Assembly: GCA_947628535.1 (NCBI GenBank)
Contig: CANRAF010000001.1
Location: 268 to 64,267 of the forward strand
DNA: 64,000 nt
Reading direction: 5' to 3'
From: an uncultured Bacilli bacterium
Lineage (GTDB): Bacteria > Bacillota_I > Bacilli_A > RF39 > UBA660
Within the stretch, counting starts at the first letter, position 1. Each line of letters starts with the position of its first letter. The position numbers and the translations under genes are program-made. The notes beneath the pieces were generated by a model. It was given only the letters and a program-made list of their open reading frames with translations. It had not been told where the DNA came from and did not search any database. Shown here one piece after another: positions 43,090-53,113 of this stretch.

Positions 43090-43300
43090 AAAAAATTACA
43101 TCACCCAAGGACGATGTAATCGTGGTACCACCTTAATTTGTAATAGTTTATTACCTTATTTGTATATAACACATACCTGTGAATTGTTTTACTAAAGTTC
43201 AAACAATTAACTCCAAAGCTACCTTCAACTATATCTAATATCTATTTACACCAAACATAGACTCTCTTTAATTAAATGATAGTTTACTCCTCTTTTTCTT
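43090..43300 (-). promoter_or_regulatory. T-box riboswitch, Val specifier
   Basis: AGAGAG box, GGTGTAA, GAAG-GTA specifier (43222-43220), T-box AAGGTGGTACCACG (43134-43121), terminator TTACATC...GATGTAA plus U-run. Confidence 0.9.
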
Positions 43301-43306
43301 TGTTTT

Positions 43307-43423
43307 TTAATATAAATCCCTAATGGTTACTATTTCTCCTGCTACTAGGAAAATTACCATTAAGATTACAAATGCTAATATTAGAAAGGCCATAAGTCCC
43401 CAACCATGATTGTTTAGTTTCAT
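43307..43423 (-). CDS. 38-aa prepilin-leader-like micro-protein (absent from the ORF track)
   Basis: AGAGGTG RBS overlapping the trxB end; MKLNNHG-WGLMAFLILAFVILMVIFLVAGEIVTIRDLY. Confidence 0.6.
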   Translation of the reverse strand: MKLNNHGWGLMAFLILAFVILMVIFLVAGEIVTIRDLY

Positions 43424-43424
43424 T

Positions 43425-44342
43425 TTACACCTCTTTTATTTCTTTTATGCAAGTTACTGCTGCCAGTGCTCCATCAGCAGTTGCTGTTACTAATTGAAAA
43501 GCATCTTTTTTTACTACATCCCCAGCAGCATATATACCTTCAATAGGTGTTTTTCTTTGTTGGTCTACAATAATATAACCTTTTTCATCCAAAATTTCAA
43601 GGTTTTTTAAGAAATTTGTATCTGGTTCATAACCAATAAAGATAAAACATGCTTTGGTTGGCAGTTCTTTTTCCTTTTCCTTTACTTTTAAAGTTACAGA
43701 TTTTAAAACACCATTTTCTTCATTAAATTTTTCAACAGTAGCATTTTTTATAATTTTAATATTTTCTTTTTCTTTTATTTTATTTATTAAGATTTTATCT
43801 CCTTTTACTTTATTACTTCTACATAAGATTGTAACAGTTTTACAAATATCTGATAAATAAAGGGATTCTTCCAAAGCACTATTACCTGCTCCAACAATTG
43901 ATACATCTTCATTTTTGTAAAGATTTCCATCACATAGTGAGCAGAAACTTATTCCTTTTCCTTCAAGAGTATTTGAACCATCTTTTTCTAATTTTTTAGG
44001 AGTTCTTCCAACTGCGAGAATTATTTTTTTAGCTTCTATTTTGTTTCCATTTTTTAGAGTTAAAATTTTACTTTTTTTATTGTTTTTAATACTTACTACT
44101 TCAGAAAATATTTGTTTTATTTTTAAACTGTCTAATTGTTCAGTAAAATGCTCTGCTAAATCTGGTCCTGTTATTTTGACAAATCCAGGATAGTTTTCAA
44201 CTGTCGAAGTTTTATTTAGTTCTCCTCCAGGCATTTCTTTTTCAATTATGCAACAGTTTAAATTTGCTCTTTTTATATAGATTGCTGCTGTTATACCGGC
44301 AGGACCTGCTCCTACTATGGCAACATCATATATGTTTTTCAT
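43425..44342 (-). CDS. trxB: thioredoxin-disulfide reductase
   Basis: GAGPAG, VENYPG, CxxC (CSLCDG), GAGNSA, AAGDV. Confidence 0.9.
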   Translation of the reverse strand: MKNIYDVAIVGAGPAGITAAIYIKRANLNCCIIEKEMPGGELNKTSTVENYPGFVKITGPDLAEHFTEQLDSLKIKQIFSEVVSIKNNKKSKILTLKNGNKIEAKKIILAVGRTPKKLEKDGSNTLEGKGISFCSLCDGNLYKNEDVSIVGAGNSALEESLYLSDICKTVTILCRSNKVKGDKILINKIKEKENIKIIKNATVEKFNEENGVLKSVTLKVKEKEKELPTKACFIFIGYEPDTNFLKNLEILDEKGYIIVDQQRKTPIEGIYAAGDVVKKDAFQLVTATADGALAAVTCIKEIKEV

Positions 44343-45138
44343 TTTCTTCAGTCCTTTCTTTTAATCTATTTACTCTTGTATCTTTTTTCTTTCGAATAAC
44401 TAAGTATAATCCTAGTAAGAATAATAGTACAGAAACTATTTGAGCTACTTTAAATGGTCCAAGCATTAAAGAGTCTGTTCTAAGACTTTCAATAAAGAAT
44501 CTTATGAATGAATACCACATAAAATATATTCCTACAAGTCTTCCTGGTTTTAACTTAAATTTTTTTCTTATAATAATTAATAAAACAAAACCAATTAAAT
44601 TCCATATACATTCATAATAGAAGGTAGGATGATAGTATGTTCCATTAATATTCATACCATTTATAATGAATTGTGGTATATTTAAATTTTCTAAAGTTTC
44701 TTTTGCTACTTCAGGCCCATGGGCTTCACTATTAAAAAAGTTCCCCCATCTTCCTATTGCTTGGGCAAGGAGCATTGCTGGTGCTGCTAAATCAAAAATT
44801 TTTAGAACATTTTTTTTGTTTTTTTTGCAGTAGTAAATAAACCAGATACCGCCACAAATTATAGCACCATGAACTGCGAGACCACCATTCCAAATAGCTA
44901 TTATTTGAAACGGATTACTTAAATAATAACTTAAATTAAATATTACATAATAAATTCTGGCACCTATTATGCCAAAGATTGCTCCATAGAAAACAAGGTT
45001 AGTTAAAAAGTCTTCATTATAGCCATCTTTTTTGGCTGTTTTCAGAAAGAGAAATGAACCCGCTAAAATAGCAAGGAGCATAGTAATTGAATACCAATAA
45101 ATGTCAATTGGTCCGAGCGATATTAAAACTGGATTCAT
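44326..45138 (-). CDS. lgt: prolipoprotein diacylglyceryl transferase
   Basis: GARIYYV, GGLAVHG, QAIGRWGNFFNSE, HPTFYYE. Confidence 0.97.
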   Translation of the reverse strand: MNPVLISLGPIDIYWYSITMLLAILAGSFLFLKTAKKDGYNEDFLTNLVFYGAIFGIIGARIYYVIFNLSYYLSNPFQIIAIWNGGLAVHGAIICGGIWFIYYCKKNKKNVLKIFDLAAPAMLLAQAIGRWGNFFNSEAHGPEVAKETLENLNIPQFIINGMNINGTYYHPTFYYECIWNLIGFVLLIIIRKKFKLKPGRLVGIYFMWYSFIRFFIESLRTDSLMLGPFKVAQIVSVLLFLLGLYLVIRKKKDTRVNRLKERTEENEKHI

Positions 45139-45153
45139 GTACTCCCTCCTTTA

Positions 45154-47970
45154 TTAATTATTGTTTAAAACTTTTTTTAAATACTGTCCTGTATAAGATT
45201 TTTCTACTTTTGCTATTTGTTCTGGAGTTCCAGTTGCTATTACTTCGCCACCTTTTTCTCCACCTTCTGGTCCTAAATCTATAATGTAATCAGCTGTTTT
45301 TATCATATCTAGATTATGTTCTATTACTATTACACTATCTTTATTATCTACTATTTTGTTAATAATTGCAAGTAACTTCTTTATGTCATGGGCGTGAAGT
45401 CCTGTTGTTGGTTCGTCCATAACAAATAAAGTTTTTCCAGTTGGTTTTTTTTGAAGTTCTTTAGCTAGTTTTACACGAGAGGCTTCTCCTCCTGATAAAG
45501 TTGGCGCAGGTTGACCAAGTTTTATATAACCAAGTCCTACGTCATCTAAAACTTTTAACTTTCTTTTTATTTTTGGAACGTTTTCAAAGAACTTCAAGGC
45601 CTGTGTTACACGAAGATCTAGAACTTCATTAATATTTTTCCCTTTAAATTTTATTTTTAAACTTTCAGTATTATACCTTGCACCATGACATACTTCACAT
45701 GGAACGTAAACATCTGGTAAGAAATGCATTTCTATTTTTTTAACACCATCACCACGGCAGGCTTCACATCTTCCACCTTTTACGTTAAATGAAAATCTGC
45801 TTTTGTCATATCCAAGCATTTTTGCTTCTTTAGTTGATGCAAATAATTCACGGATATCATCAAATACTCCTGTATAGGTTGCAGGGTTAGATCTTGGAGT
45901 TCTTCCGATTGGATTTTGGGAGATATGAACAATTTTGTCAATATTTTCTAAACCTTTTATTTGTCTATATGCTCCAGGTTTTTCTTTTGAACTATAAACA
46001 TGATTATATAAAATTCTAGTTAATATTTGATTTATTAAAGTACTTTTGCCACTTCCTGATACTCCTGTTACACAGGTAAATGTTCCGAGAGGAAATTTTA
46101 CATTAATATTTTTCAAATTATTTTCCTTGGCACCTTTGAGTTCTAGAAATTTACCTGTCCCTTTTCTTCTTTTTTTTGGAACCATAATACATTCTTTGCC
46201 ACTTAAATATCTTCCTGTAAGACTATTATCGTCGTTTGCAACTTCTTCAGGAGTGCCTATTGACACTATTTTTCCTCCTTCATCTCCTGCGAGAGGCCCT
46301 ATATCTACTAAAAAGTCACATTTTTTCATTGTATCTGTGTCGTGTTCAACAACTATTAAAGTGTTCCCTAAATCTCTCATGCTAAGCATTGTGTCAATAA
46401 GTCTATCATTATCTCTTTGATGAAGTCCAATACTTGGTTCATCTAAAACATATAAAACTCCTGTTAGTCTAGTACCTACTTGAGTTGCAAGTCTAATTCT
46501 CTGAGCTTCTCCTCCTGATAGAGTTCCAGCACTTCTACTTAAGGTTAAATAATCTAATCCAACGTTTATAAGAAAACTTAATCTATCTTTGATTTCGTTT
46601 ACAATAAGTTTAGATATTTGGGTTTGTTCTTCAGATAATTTTAAATTACTCATAAATTCATATAAATTTTTAATACTTAAATTTGTTACTTCATAAATAT
46701 TTTTACCATTTATTAAAACTTGTAATACTTCTTTTTTTAATCTCGCACCTTTACAAGTAGGACACATTAACTCTACCATATATCTTTCAAGCCATTCCCT
46801 AATCCAAGTACTACTTGTTTCCATGTATCTTCTTTCTAGATTAGTTATTATGCCTTCATAAGTTCCATAACTATCTGAGAGATGTCCATTTTTACTGCGA
46901 TAATGGAAATGAATTAAGTCATTAGTACCATATAGAATCATATCTAGTTCTTTTTTGGTAAAATCCTTTATTTTTTTATTTAAATCTATAGAATAATGAT
47001 CACAAAAATTTTGTAGTTTTAAATAGTTTATGTTTTCTTCATCATCTCCAAAAGGTACAATACCTCCATCTTTTATTCTTTTGTTTTTATCAGGTATTAC
47101 TAAATCTGGATCCATTACTAATTTTACTCCAAGACCTTTACAGTCAGGACAAGCCCCATAAGGAGCATTGAAACTAAAGGTACGGGGTTCTAATTCGTTT
47201 AAGGAAAAATTACAATAAGGGCAAGCAAAGTTTTCAGAAAAGACTATTTTTTCCCCGTTTGGAATTTGAATAAATATCTTACCTTTTGACAGTTTACACC
47301 CAGTTTCAATTGATTCATATAATCTTGATTTTATATCTGGTTTTATAACTAAACGATCTATTACTACTTCAATATTATGTTTTTTGTTTTTTTCAAGTTC
47401 AATTGTATCTCCGAGATCATATTCTTCTCCATCTATGTTTACCCTAACATAACCACTTTTTCTTAGATCTTCAAATAAGTCTTTATGAGTTCCTTTTTTA
47501 CCTTCTATTACAGGAGATAAAATTATTATTTTTGTTTTTTCTTCAAGTTCAAGAACTTTGTTGGTCATTTCTTCAATACTTTGATTAGTAATAGGGATAT
47601 TGTGATTAGGACAATAGGGAATACCTATTTTTGAGTATAGAAGTCTTAAGTGATCGTATAATTCAGTTACTGTTCCTACTGTTGAACGAGGATTTTTATT
47701 AGTTGTTTTTTGATCTATTGAAATAGCTGGTGAAAGTCCTTCAATGGAATCAACATTTGGTTTTTCTGTTCCTCCGAGAAATTGTCTAGCATAAGCAGAT
47801 AAGCTTTCTAGATAACGCCTTTCTCCTTCTTTATAAATTGTATCAAATGCAAGAGAAGATTTACCACTTCCTGATACTCCAGTCATAACTATAAATTTAT
47901 TTTTAGGTAGTTCTAAAGATATATTTTTTAAATTGTTTTCTTTTGCTCCTTTAATTATTATTTTTTCCAT
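45154..47970 (-). CDS. uvrA: excinuclease ABC subunit A
   Basis: Two ABC modules (GVSGSGKS, LSGGE) and zinc fingers. Confidence 0.98.
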   Translation of the reverse strand: MEKIIIKGAKENNLKNISLELPKNKFIVMTGVSGSGKSSLAFDTIYKEGERRYLESLSAYARQFLGGTEKPNVDSIEGLSPAISIDQKTTNKNPRSTVGTVTELYDHLRLLYSKIGIPYCPNHNIPITNQSIEEMTNKVLELEEKTKIIILSPVIEGKKGTHKDLFEDLRKSGYVRVNIDGEEYDLGDTIELEKNKKHNIEVVIDRLVIKPDIKSRLYESIETGCKLSKGKIFIQIPNGEKIVFSENFACPYCNFSLNELEPRTFSFNAPYGACPDCKGLGVKLVMDPDLVIPDKNKRIKDGGIVPFGDDEENINYLKLQNFCDHYSIDLNKKIKDFTKKELDMILYGTNDLIHFHYRSKNGHLSDSYGTYEGIITNLERRYMETSSTWIREWLERYMVELMCPTCKGARLKKEVLQVLINGKNIYEVTNLSIKNLYEFMSNLKLSEEQTQISKLIVNEIKDRLSFLINVGLDYLTLSRSAGTLSGGEAQRIRLATQVGTRLTGVLYVLDEPSIGLHQRDNDRLIDTMLSMRDLGNTLIVVEHDTDTMKKCDFLVDIGPLAGDEGGKIVSIGTPEEVANDDNSLTGRYLSGKECIMVPKKRRKGTGKFLELKGAKENNLKNINVKFPLGTFTCVTGVSGSGKSTLINQILTRILYNHVYSSKEKPGAYRQIKGLENIDKIVHISQNPIGRTPRSNPATYTGVFDDIRELFASTKEAKMLGYDKSRFSFNVKGGRCEACRGDGVKKIEMHFLPDVYVPCEVCHGARYNTESLKIKFKGKNINEVLDLRVTQALKFFENVPKIKRKLKVLDDVGLGYIKLGQPAPTLSGGEASRVKLAKELQKKPTGKTLFVMDEPTTGLHAHDIKKLLAIINKIVDNKDSVIVIEHNLDMIKTADYIIDLGPEGGEKGGEVIATGTPEQIAKVEKSYTGQYLKKVLNNN

Positions 47971-48129
47971 ATAAAACACTTCCCTTTTTTATTTTGCTCC
48001 CTTTTCTAAGTTTGTATTATAACATATTTTTAGTCTTTTTTAAATAGATAAGAATTTTTGATTATGGATTTTATAAAATAGAAAAAGATCACTTTTTTGT
48101 GATCTTTTATAATATTTATTATCAGTTTT

Positions 48130-50451
48130 TTAATAGTGATAACAAGATTTGTAACTTTCTACTCCACATGTTTTTGCTCTACATGAATAATGTGTTTGAC
48201 ATCCACATGTCTTTGCCCTACATGACTCTCTGGTTTCACATCCTGCTTTTGAACATCTATTGTATTTAGTACATGTATATGCAGTACATGGACAATTTGA
48301 TCCAGTAGTATAATTATACGCTGAACAAGTTTTAGTGGTAGTACATTTTTGGCAATTACTAAATGCCTTTACTGTAGTAATTCCAGAACCTGCTGTACCA
48401 GCATTACAAACTTTATACCCTGTGCTTTTTCTTGTATAGCCGGATGGACAAGAAGGATAACTTAAGTTCCATGTTACTGTACAAGATTTAGCAGTAACTT
48501 TTTTTGTTGTACAATTTTTATTAGTTTTATATGTTTTGCAGCTACCTTTATTACAAGCAGATCTTTTAGAGCAAGAAGAAGTTGCACAAGTACAACTTGA
48601 ACCTCTTTTATATAATGCGCAATCACATGATGAATTTCTACATGATTTATATGTTTTACAATCACATGATGAATTTACACATGATTTATATTGTTTTACA
48701 CCGCAATCTTTATGTGCTGAGTATGTTGCTACATTATATGTTGCACTATTCGATGTTACATTTCCTGCATTATCTTCACATGTTCCTGATACTTTAAATC
48801 CTTTCATTGGGGATTTTATTGTATATGTATATGGGTTAGTTGTATGTTTCGTACTATTTACATTTGAATTACTTGATAATGTTTTTACTCCACTTCCTGT
48901 ATCACTACAACTTACTGTTACACTAAATGGTGATGAGCTTGATACTGCATAATAACTTTTTTCACTTACTTTATTTTTATTTGCTTTATATGTTATTACT
49001 GGTGCTTTTGTATCTACATTTATTTCTCCTGATGTTATCTTCTTATTCTTTTGTCCTCCTGCTGTTACAAATCCTTCATTTATTATTATGTTGTCACTTC
49101 CTAATTGATTTGTTTTACTTGCTGTATATGTTAGTTTATATTCTACTACTTTATTTTCATTTGTATTATATACTCCTGTTGATGCTTTCGATAATGTTCC
49201 TAAATTGTTTTTTAATACCATCTTACTTACATCTATTGTTGCTGTTTTATCTGTCGGTACATAACATGTTACTGTCATGCTTGTTGTTTTATTTAATCCT
49301 AACCAACTACTTGATGGTGTTGTATTCTTACAATATATTGGGTCCCCAGTTGTATATGAATCACTTCTTACATAATAATTTTTGTCTTTTGTTGTTTTAT
49401 TTCCTGCTTTATCTTCACATGTTGTTGTATATTTCTTTGGCATTGTTGATATTGATGCTGTTTTTATTGTATCTTTATGTGTTGTTTCCCCTGTATATGT
49501 TTTCCCATTTTGTATTATTTGATTCTTTAATGTATTTATTACTCCTTCATCTGTACATTTCGCAGTTACATTTAACTCTGGTATATACCATCCATCTGTT
49601 TGTGGTTTCTTATCTTCTGTATAACTTACTTTTGGTGCTGTATTATCTATTATAAATTTTGCACAAGCATTTCCTGTACTATTTCCTCCTGCATCTACTA
49701 CATGTATTTCATATTCTCCTTCTATTCCTTCTTTCATATGTTTATTTATGTAACTAATTATTTCTTTTTGGGTTACTTCGCTATTATCATTTAACTCTAT
49801 TCCTACTATCTCTTCTGTTGTCATATTTATTATCTCTATATATGCTATCTGTCTATCTTCTTTTACTTCTTTTAGTTTTACTGCTTTTGGATTATATACT
49901 TTACCTTCTGTTATTGCCGTCGGATCTGTATATTCTGCAGCTTCTACATTACAGCTTGGATTTTCTTTATCACCCCAATCTGTTATATTACATGCTATCT
50001 GTTCTTCTTCACTACTTGTATCTTTAGTAGGATCATATACATTACCATTTTTATCTGTACATCTTAAACATGCATACCATTTATATTCACTACTATTTAT
50101 TTTTTGTTTTACGTATACATAACTTTCTGTACATTCATTACCTTCTGAATCTACAAATTCTTTGCTTATATAGTTATTACTTTGCATCTCTGGCAAACTT
50201 ACATAACTAAAGTCTTGCCCGTTTCTATATACTCCTGTATAACTTTTTACTGGCAATTTTTGTCTATTATCTGTAAAGTATTCTTTACCTGATATTAATA
50301 ATTGATCTTTTAATTTCTCATTATACTCATTTCTTCCTTCATTCATATAATGTGTTACTACTGGTATTGCTATACCTGCGAGTACCGCTATTATGGCTAC
50401 TGTTATCAGTATTTCTACCATTGTAAATCCTTTTTTATTAACTTTTTTCAT
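48130..50451 (-). CDS. large type IV pilin-like protein with Ig-like repeats and 30-Cys C-terminal region
   Basis: KKG-FTMVEILITVAIIAVLAGIAIP prepilin motif; DNTAP/DTKAP Ig-like segments; Cys-rich 13-aa repeats. Confidence 0.8.
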   Translation of the reverse strand: MKKVNKKGFTMVEILITVAIIAVLAGIAIPVVTHYMNEGRNEYNEKLKDQLLISGKEYFTDNRQKLPVKSYTGVYRNGQDFSYVSLPEMQSNNYISKEFVDSEGNECTESYVYVKQKINSSEYKWYACLRCTDKNGNVYDPTKDTSSEEEQIACNITDWGDKENPSCNVEAAEYTDPTAITEGKVYNPKAVKLKEVKEDRQIAYIEIINMTTEEIVGIELNDNSEVTQKEIISYINKHMKEGIEGEYEIHVVDAGGNSTGNACAKFIIDNTAPKVSYTEDKKPQTDGWYIPELNVTAKCTDEGVINTLKNQIIQNGKTYTGETTHKDTIKTASISTMPKKYTTTCEDKAGNKTTKDKNYYVRSDSYTTGDPIYCKNTTPSSSWLGLNKTTSMTVTCYVPTDKTATIDVSKMVLKNNLGTLSKASTGVYNTNENKVVEYKLTYTASKTNQLGSDNIIINEGFVTAGGQKNKKITSGEINVDTKAPVITYKANKNKVSEKSYYAVSSSSPFSVTVSCSDTGSGVKTLSSNSNVNSTKHTTNPYTYTIKSPMKGFKVSGTCEDNAGNVTSNSATYNVATYSAHKDCGVKQYKSCVNSSCDCKTYKSCRNSSCDCALYKRGSSCTCATSSCSKRSACNKGSCKTYKTNKNCTTKKVTAKSCTVTWNLSYPSCPSGYTRKSTGYKVCNAGTAGSGITTVKAFSNCQKCTTTKTCSAYNYTTGSNCPCTAYTCTKYNRCSKAGCETRESCRAKTCGCQTHYSCRAKTCGVESYKSCYHY

Positions 50452-50486
50452 ATGCTTTCATATGCTCCTTCATATTTTATTTTCCT

Positions 50487-50521
50487 ATTATAAGGATACC
50501 CCCCCCCTATACTTTTGTCAA
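50487..50521 (-). promoter_or_regulatory. promoter with G9 tract in the spacer
   Basis: TTGACA-aaagtata-G9-TATCCT-TATAAT; 17 nt to TATCCT, 23 nt to TATAAT. Confidence 0.7.
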
Positions 50522-50570
50522 TATTTTTTTAGTTGTGATATAATTATTGATATGTGTTGGTGATGTTTTT

Positions 50571-51620
50571 ATGAAAAGCAAATGTAAAGTCGTTATTATT
50601 GGTGCGGGACCTTCAGGAATTTCTACTGCCCTTAATTTAGTAAAGTTGGGTGTTAATGATATTATAGTTATTGAAAAATACAAATTTCCTAGATACAAAT
50701 GTTGTGCAGGTTATATTACTTCAAAAACTAAGAAAACTTATGAAAAATTTGGTCTTGATATTAATAAATGTCATTACTCTTTAATTAAAGATTTTAATAT
50801 TTTTTATAGATTTAATCTAAAACAAAAAATTGTTAATAAGTTTTTATATACTAATAAAAAAATAGATAGAACGGAACTTGATTATGCTTTTTATAAGCTT
50901 GCTATTTCTAAAGGTGTTAAAATTTATGAAAACTGTAAAATAACATATCATAACATTGACGAAAAATGGATATCTTTGTCAAAGAATGAAAAGGTTAATT
51001 ATGATTATTTAGTTTTTGCTGATGGTTGTAATAGTTTTGGGAATAGATATCAAAATAATCTAAAGACAAATATTGCTATGCAAATGATTTTTAAAAGTGA
51101 TAAAAAAGAAGAAATTCAAATTCATTTTGGTGTATCTAAAAAAGGTTATGGCTGGGTTAGTTCTTGTAATGGAATTACTAATATTGGATTAACTGATGTT
51201 TTCAACAAAAATATCAATTATAATGATTTATTTAGTTCTTTCTTAACAACTCTTGGATTTAAATATGATAGTAAAAAACTTACAGGCGCTTTTACTCCTA
51301 TTGGTATTAGAACTCCTATTATAAATGAAAATATTTTCTTTGTAGGTGATGCTGTTGGGGCATGTGATCCACTTACCTTATCTGGACTTAGATATGGCCT
51401 CGATTCTGGAAAATATTGTGCTAAAGCAATTTATGAAAATAAAAATAAAATTTATTTAAAATATATTAATAGTTTAAAAATAAAGTTTTTCTTTATGAAA
51501 GTTTTACTAAAAATATTCTATCTTAAAATATCACTTTTTTGTATTTTTGAAATAGGATGTCGTTTCTTTGGCAAAATAATTGAAAGCGTATTTAATAATT
51601 TTTTTGTTAATAAAAAATAA
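50571..51620 (+). CDS. geranylgeranyl-reductase-family FAD-dependent oxidoreductase
   Basis: GAGPSG, PRYKCCAG, DRTELDY, ADG, GYGWV, VGDAVGACDPLTLSGL. Confidence 0.8.
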   Translation: MKSKCKVVIIGAGPSGISTALNLVKLGVNDIIVIEKYKFPRYKCCAGYITSKTKKTYEKFGLDINKCHYSLIKDFNIFYRFNLKQKIVNKFLYTNKKIDRTELDYAFYKLAISKGVKIYENCKITYHNIDEKWISLSKNEKVNYDYLVFADGCNSFGNRYQNNLKTNIAMQMIFKSDKKEEIQIHFGVSKKGYGWVSSCNGITNIGLTDVFNKNINYNDLFSSFLTTLGFKYDSKKLTGAFTPIGIRTPIINENIFFVGDAVGACDPLTLSGLRYGLDSGKYCAKAIYENKNKIYLKYINSLKIKFFFMKVLLKIFYLKISLFCIFEIGCRFFGKIIESVFNNFFVNKK

Positions 51621-51657
51621 TATTTCTTTTATGGTGAAATATTATTTTCATATGTTT

Positions 51658-52236
51658 TTATAATATGATTTCATTATTATTAAACTTAACATTTAAGTAC
51701 TTTTTACTAGAAAGATAATCGCACATATGAACGAAGAATTCATATTTATCATTTGGTTTTGGTAATGTTACATTACTATAGTTACTTTTATTCCACTCTC
51801 CCATATGAGAAGACATCGCTTTAGTAATTAATAATATATCCTCTTCTTTAAATAATGTTTTATCTTTGTTTTGCTTTATAAAATTTGCTCCGAGTAATGG
51901 ATGATCAAATCTTGTATACTTTTCTTTAGGGTCTCCTAATTTTTGAGTATCGTGAAACATGATAGCAATTAACATTAAATCTTTTTCTCTTTCGGTAAAT
52001 ATATTTTTTAAATACTCTAAATCTAAGATATCTTTAGCTATTCTGATTGCAACTTTAGTATGTCTTACAAGACCTCCATCTCCTTGAGCAAACTCTGGAT
52101 GATATTTACCAGTAGAAGCTGCAGGAACTGTAAAAAAATAATCTGGTACTAAATCTAATAAGTTTTCTGCACTTTTTCTATAGTTTTCATCTTGTATATA
52201 ATTTAATTCTGCTTTAAATACTTCTTTTTTATTCAT
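51658..52236 (-). CDS. HD-domain protein
   Basis: ASTGKYHP, GGLVRHT, MFHD, HMG, CDY motifs. Confidence 0.75.
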   Translation of the reverse strand: MNKKEVFKAELNYIQDENYRKSAENLLDLVPDYFFTVPAASTGKYHPEFAQGDGGLVRHTKVAIRIAKDILDLEYLKNIFTEREKDLMLIAIMFHDTQKLGDPKEKYTRFDHPLLGANFIKQNKDKTLFKEEDILLITKAMSSHMGEWNKSNYSNVTLPKPNDKYEFFVHMCDYLSSKKYLNVKFNNNEIIL

Positions 52237-52335
52237 ACTACACCTCTATACAATATATTTATCTTGTTTTCTTTTGGTTTATTTAATATATTTTTTTGGC
52301 AACTATTACTTGCGAATTTACTTTATTTATTTTAA

Positions 52336-53103
52336 CTACTTTATTTGATCTATTAAAGATTCGATTTTGTCATTATACTCAAATCTATAATGACTTGTTA
52401 TTTGCATATCTGTTTCTTCTAGGCGATCCTCTTCTTTTTGTTTTTGAGTTTCATCTCTATTTTGAATTAAATAAGGAACTCCTCTTTCGTTATATTTATC
52501 AGATATCATTGCTATATGATCTCCATCATCAAAAACTAAAATATCTCCCGGCATAAAATTACCAATACTATACATATCTGTTTCTAAACTTTTGGCGTAT
52601 CTTTGGAAAAACAAATCCATATTTCCTACTCTTCGAAAATCGATGTTACTATCTCTTATTTCAATGCCATAAGTTCCTTTTTTGTATGTATTATCTATAT
52701 CTTGGGAAATCATATCTTTTAAACTGTAACCTGCTGTTTTGAAAGCATACCAAATAAGGTCGGCACAAATACCTTCTTTTTCTACTTCAGGATATCCTCC
52801 AGCATAATATTTACTGACATATTTAGGATTCCATTTTGCATACTGCTTTTCTCCATTTAACATATCGGTGTAATCATCAGTACCATTTTTATTGTAATCA
52901 GTTTGGCTTTTTAATCTTATAAATCCAAAATCAGAGATATTATAGTAATCTTTTTTATCACTTATTGGCTTTAAATCTTCATTATAAGCTATATAATATT
53001 TTAAGACTGTTAATACACCGATTGCAAAAACTATTGCTAATATAAAGGTTGTAAATCTTTTAAAATTTTTTTTTACTTTCTTTCTTTTCCTTTTCTTTGC
53101 CAT
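52336..53103 (-). CDS. DUF1287 (YijF-like) membrane-anchored protein
   Basis: YYAGGYP, GICADLIWYAF, DSNIDFRRV, PGDILVF, HIAMISD. Confidence 0.8.
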   Translation of the reverse strand: MAKKRKRKKVKKNFKRFTTFILAIVFAIGVLTVLKYYIAYNEDLKPISDKKDYYNISDFGFIRLKSQTDYNKNGTDDYTDMLNGEKQYAKWNPKYVSKYYAGGYPEVEKEGICADLIWYAFKTAGYSLKDMISQDIDNTYKKGTYGIEIRDSNIDFRRVGNMDLFFQRYAKSLETDMYSIGNFMPGDILVFDDGDHIAMISDKYNERGVPYLIQNRDETQKQKEEDRLEETDMQITSHYRFEYNDKIESLIDQIK

Positions 53104-53113
53104 ATTTAAACTC

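Noticed and set aside
28025-50451. CRISPR array or diversity-generating retroelement behind the repeats
   Set aside because: The repeats are in-frame coding repeats without unique spacers. No cas or reverse transcriptase gene is present and differences are not adenine-specific.
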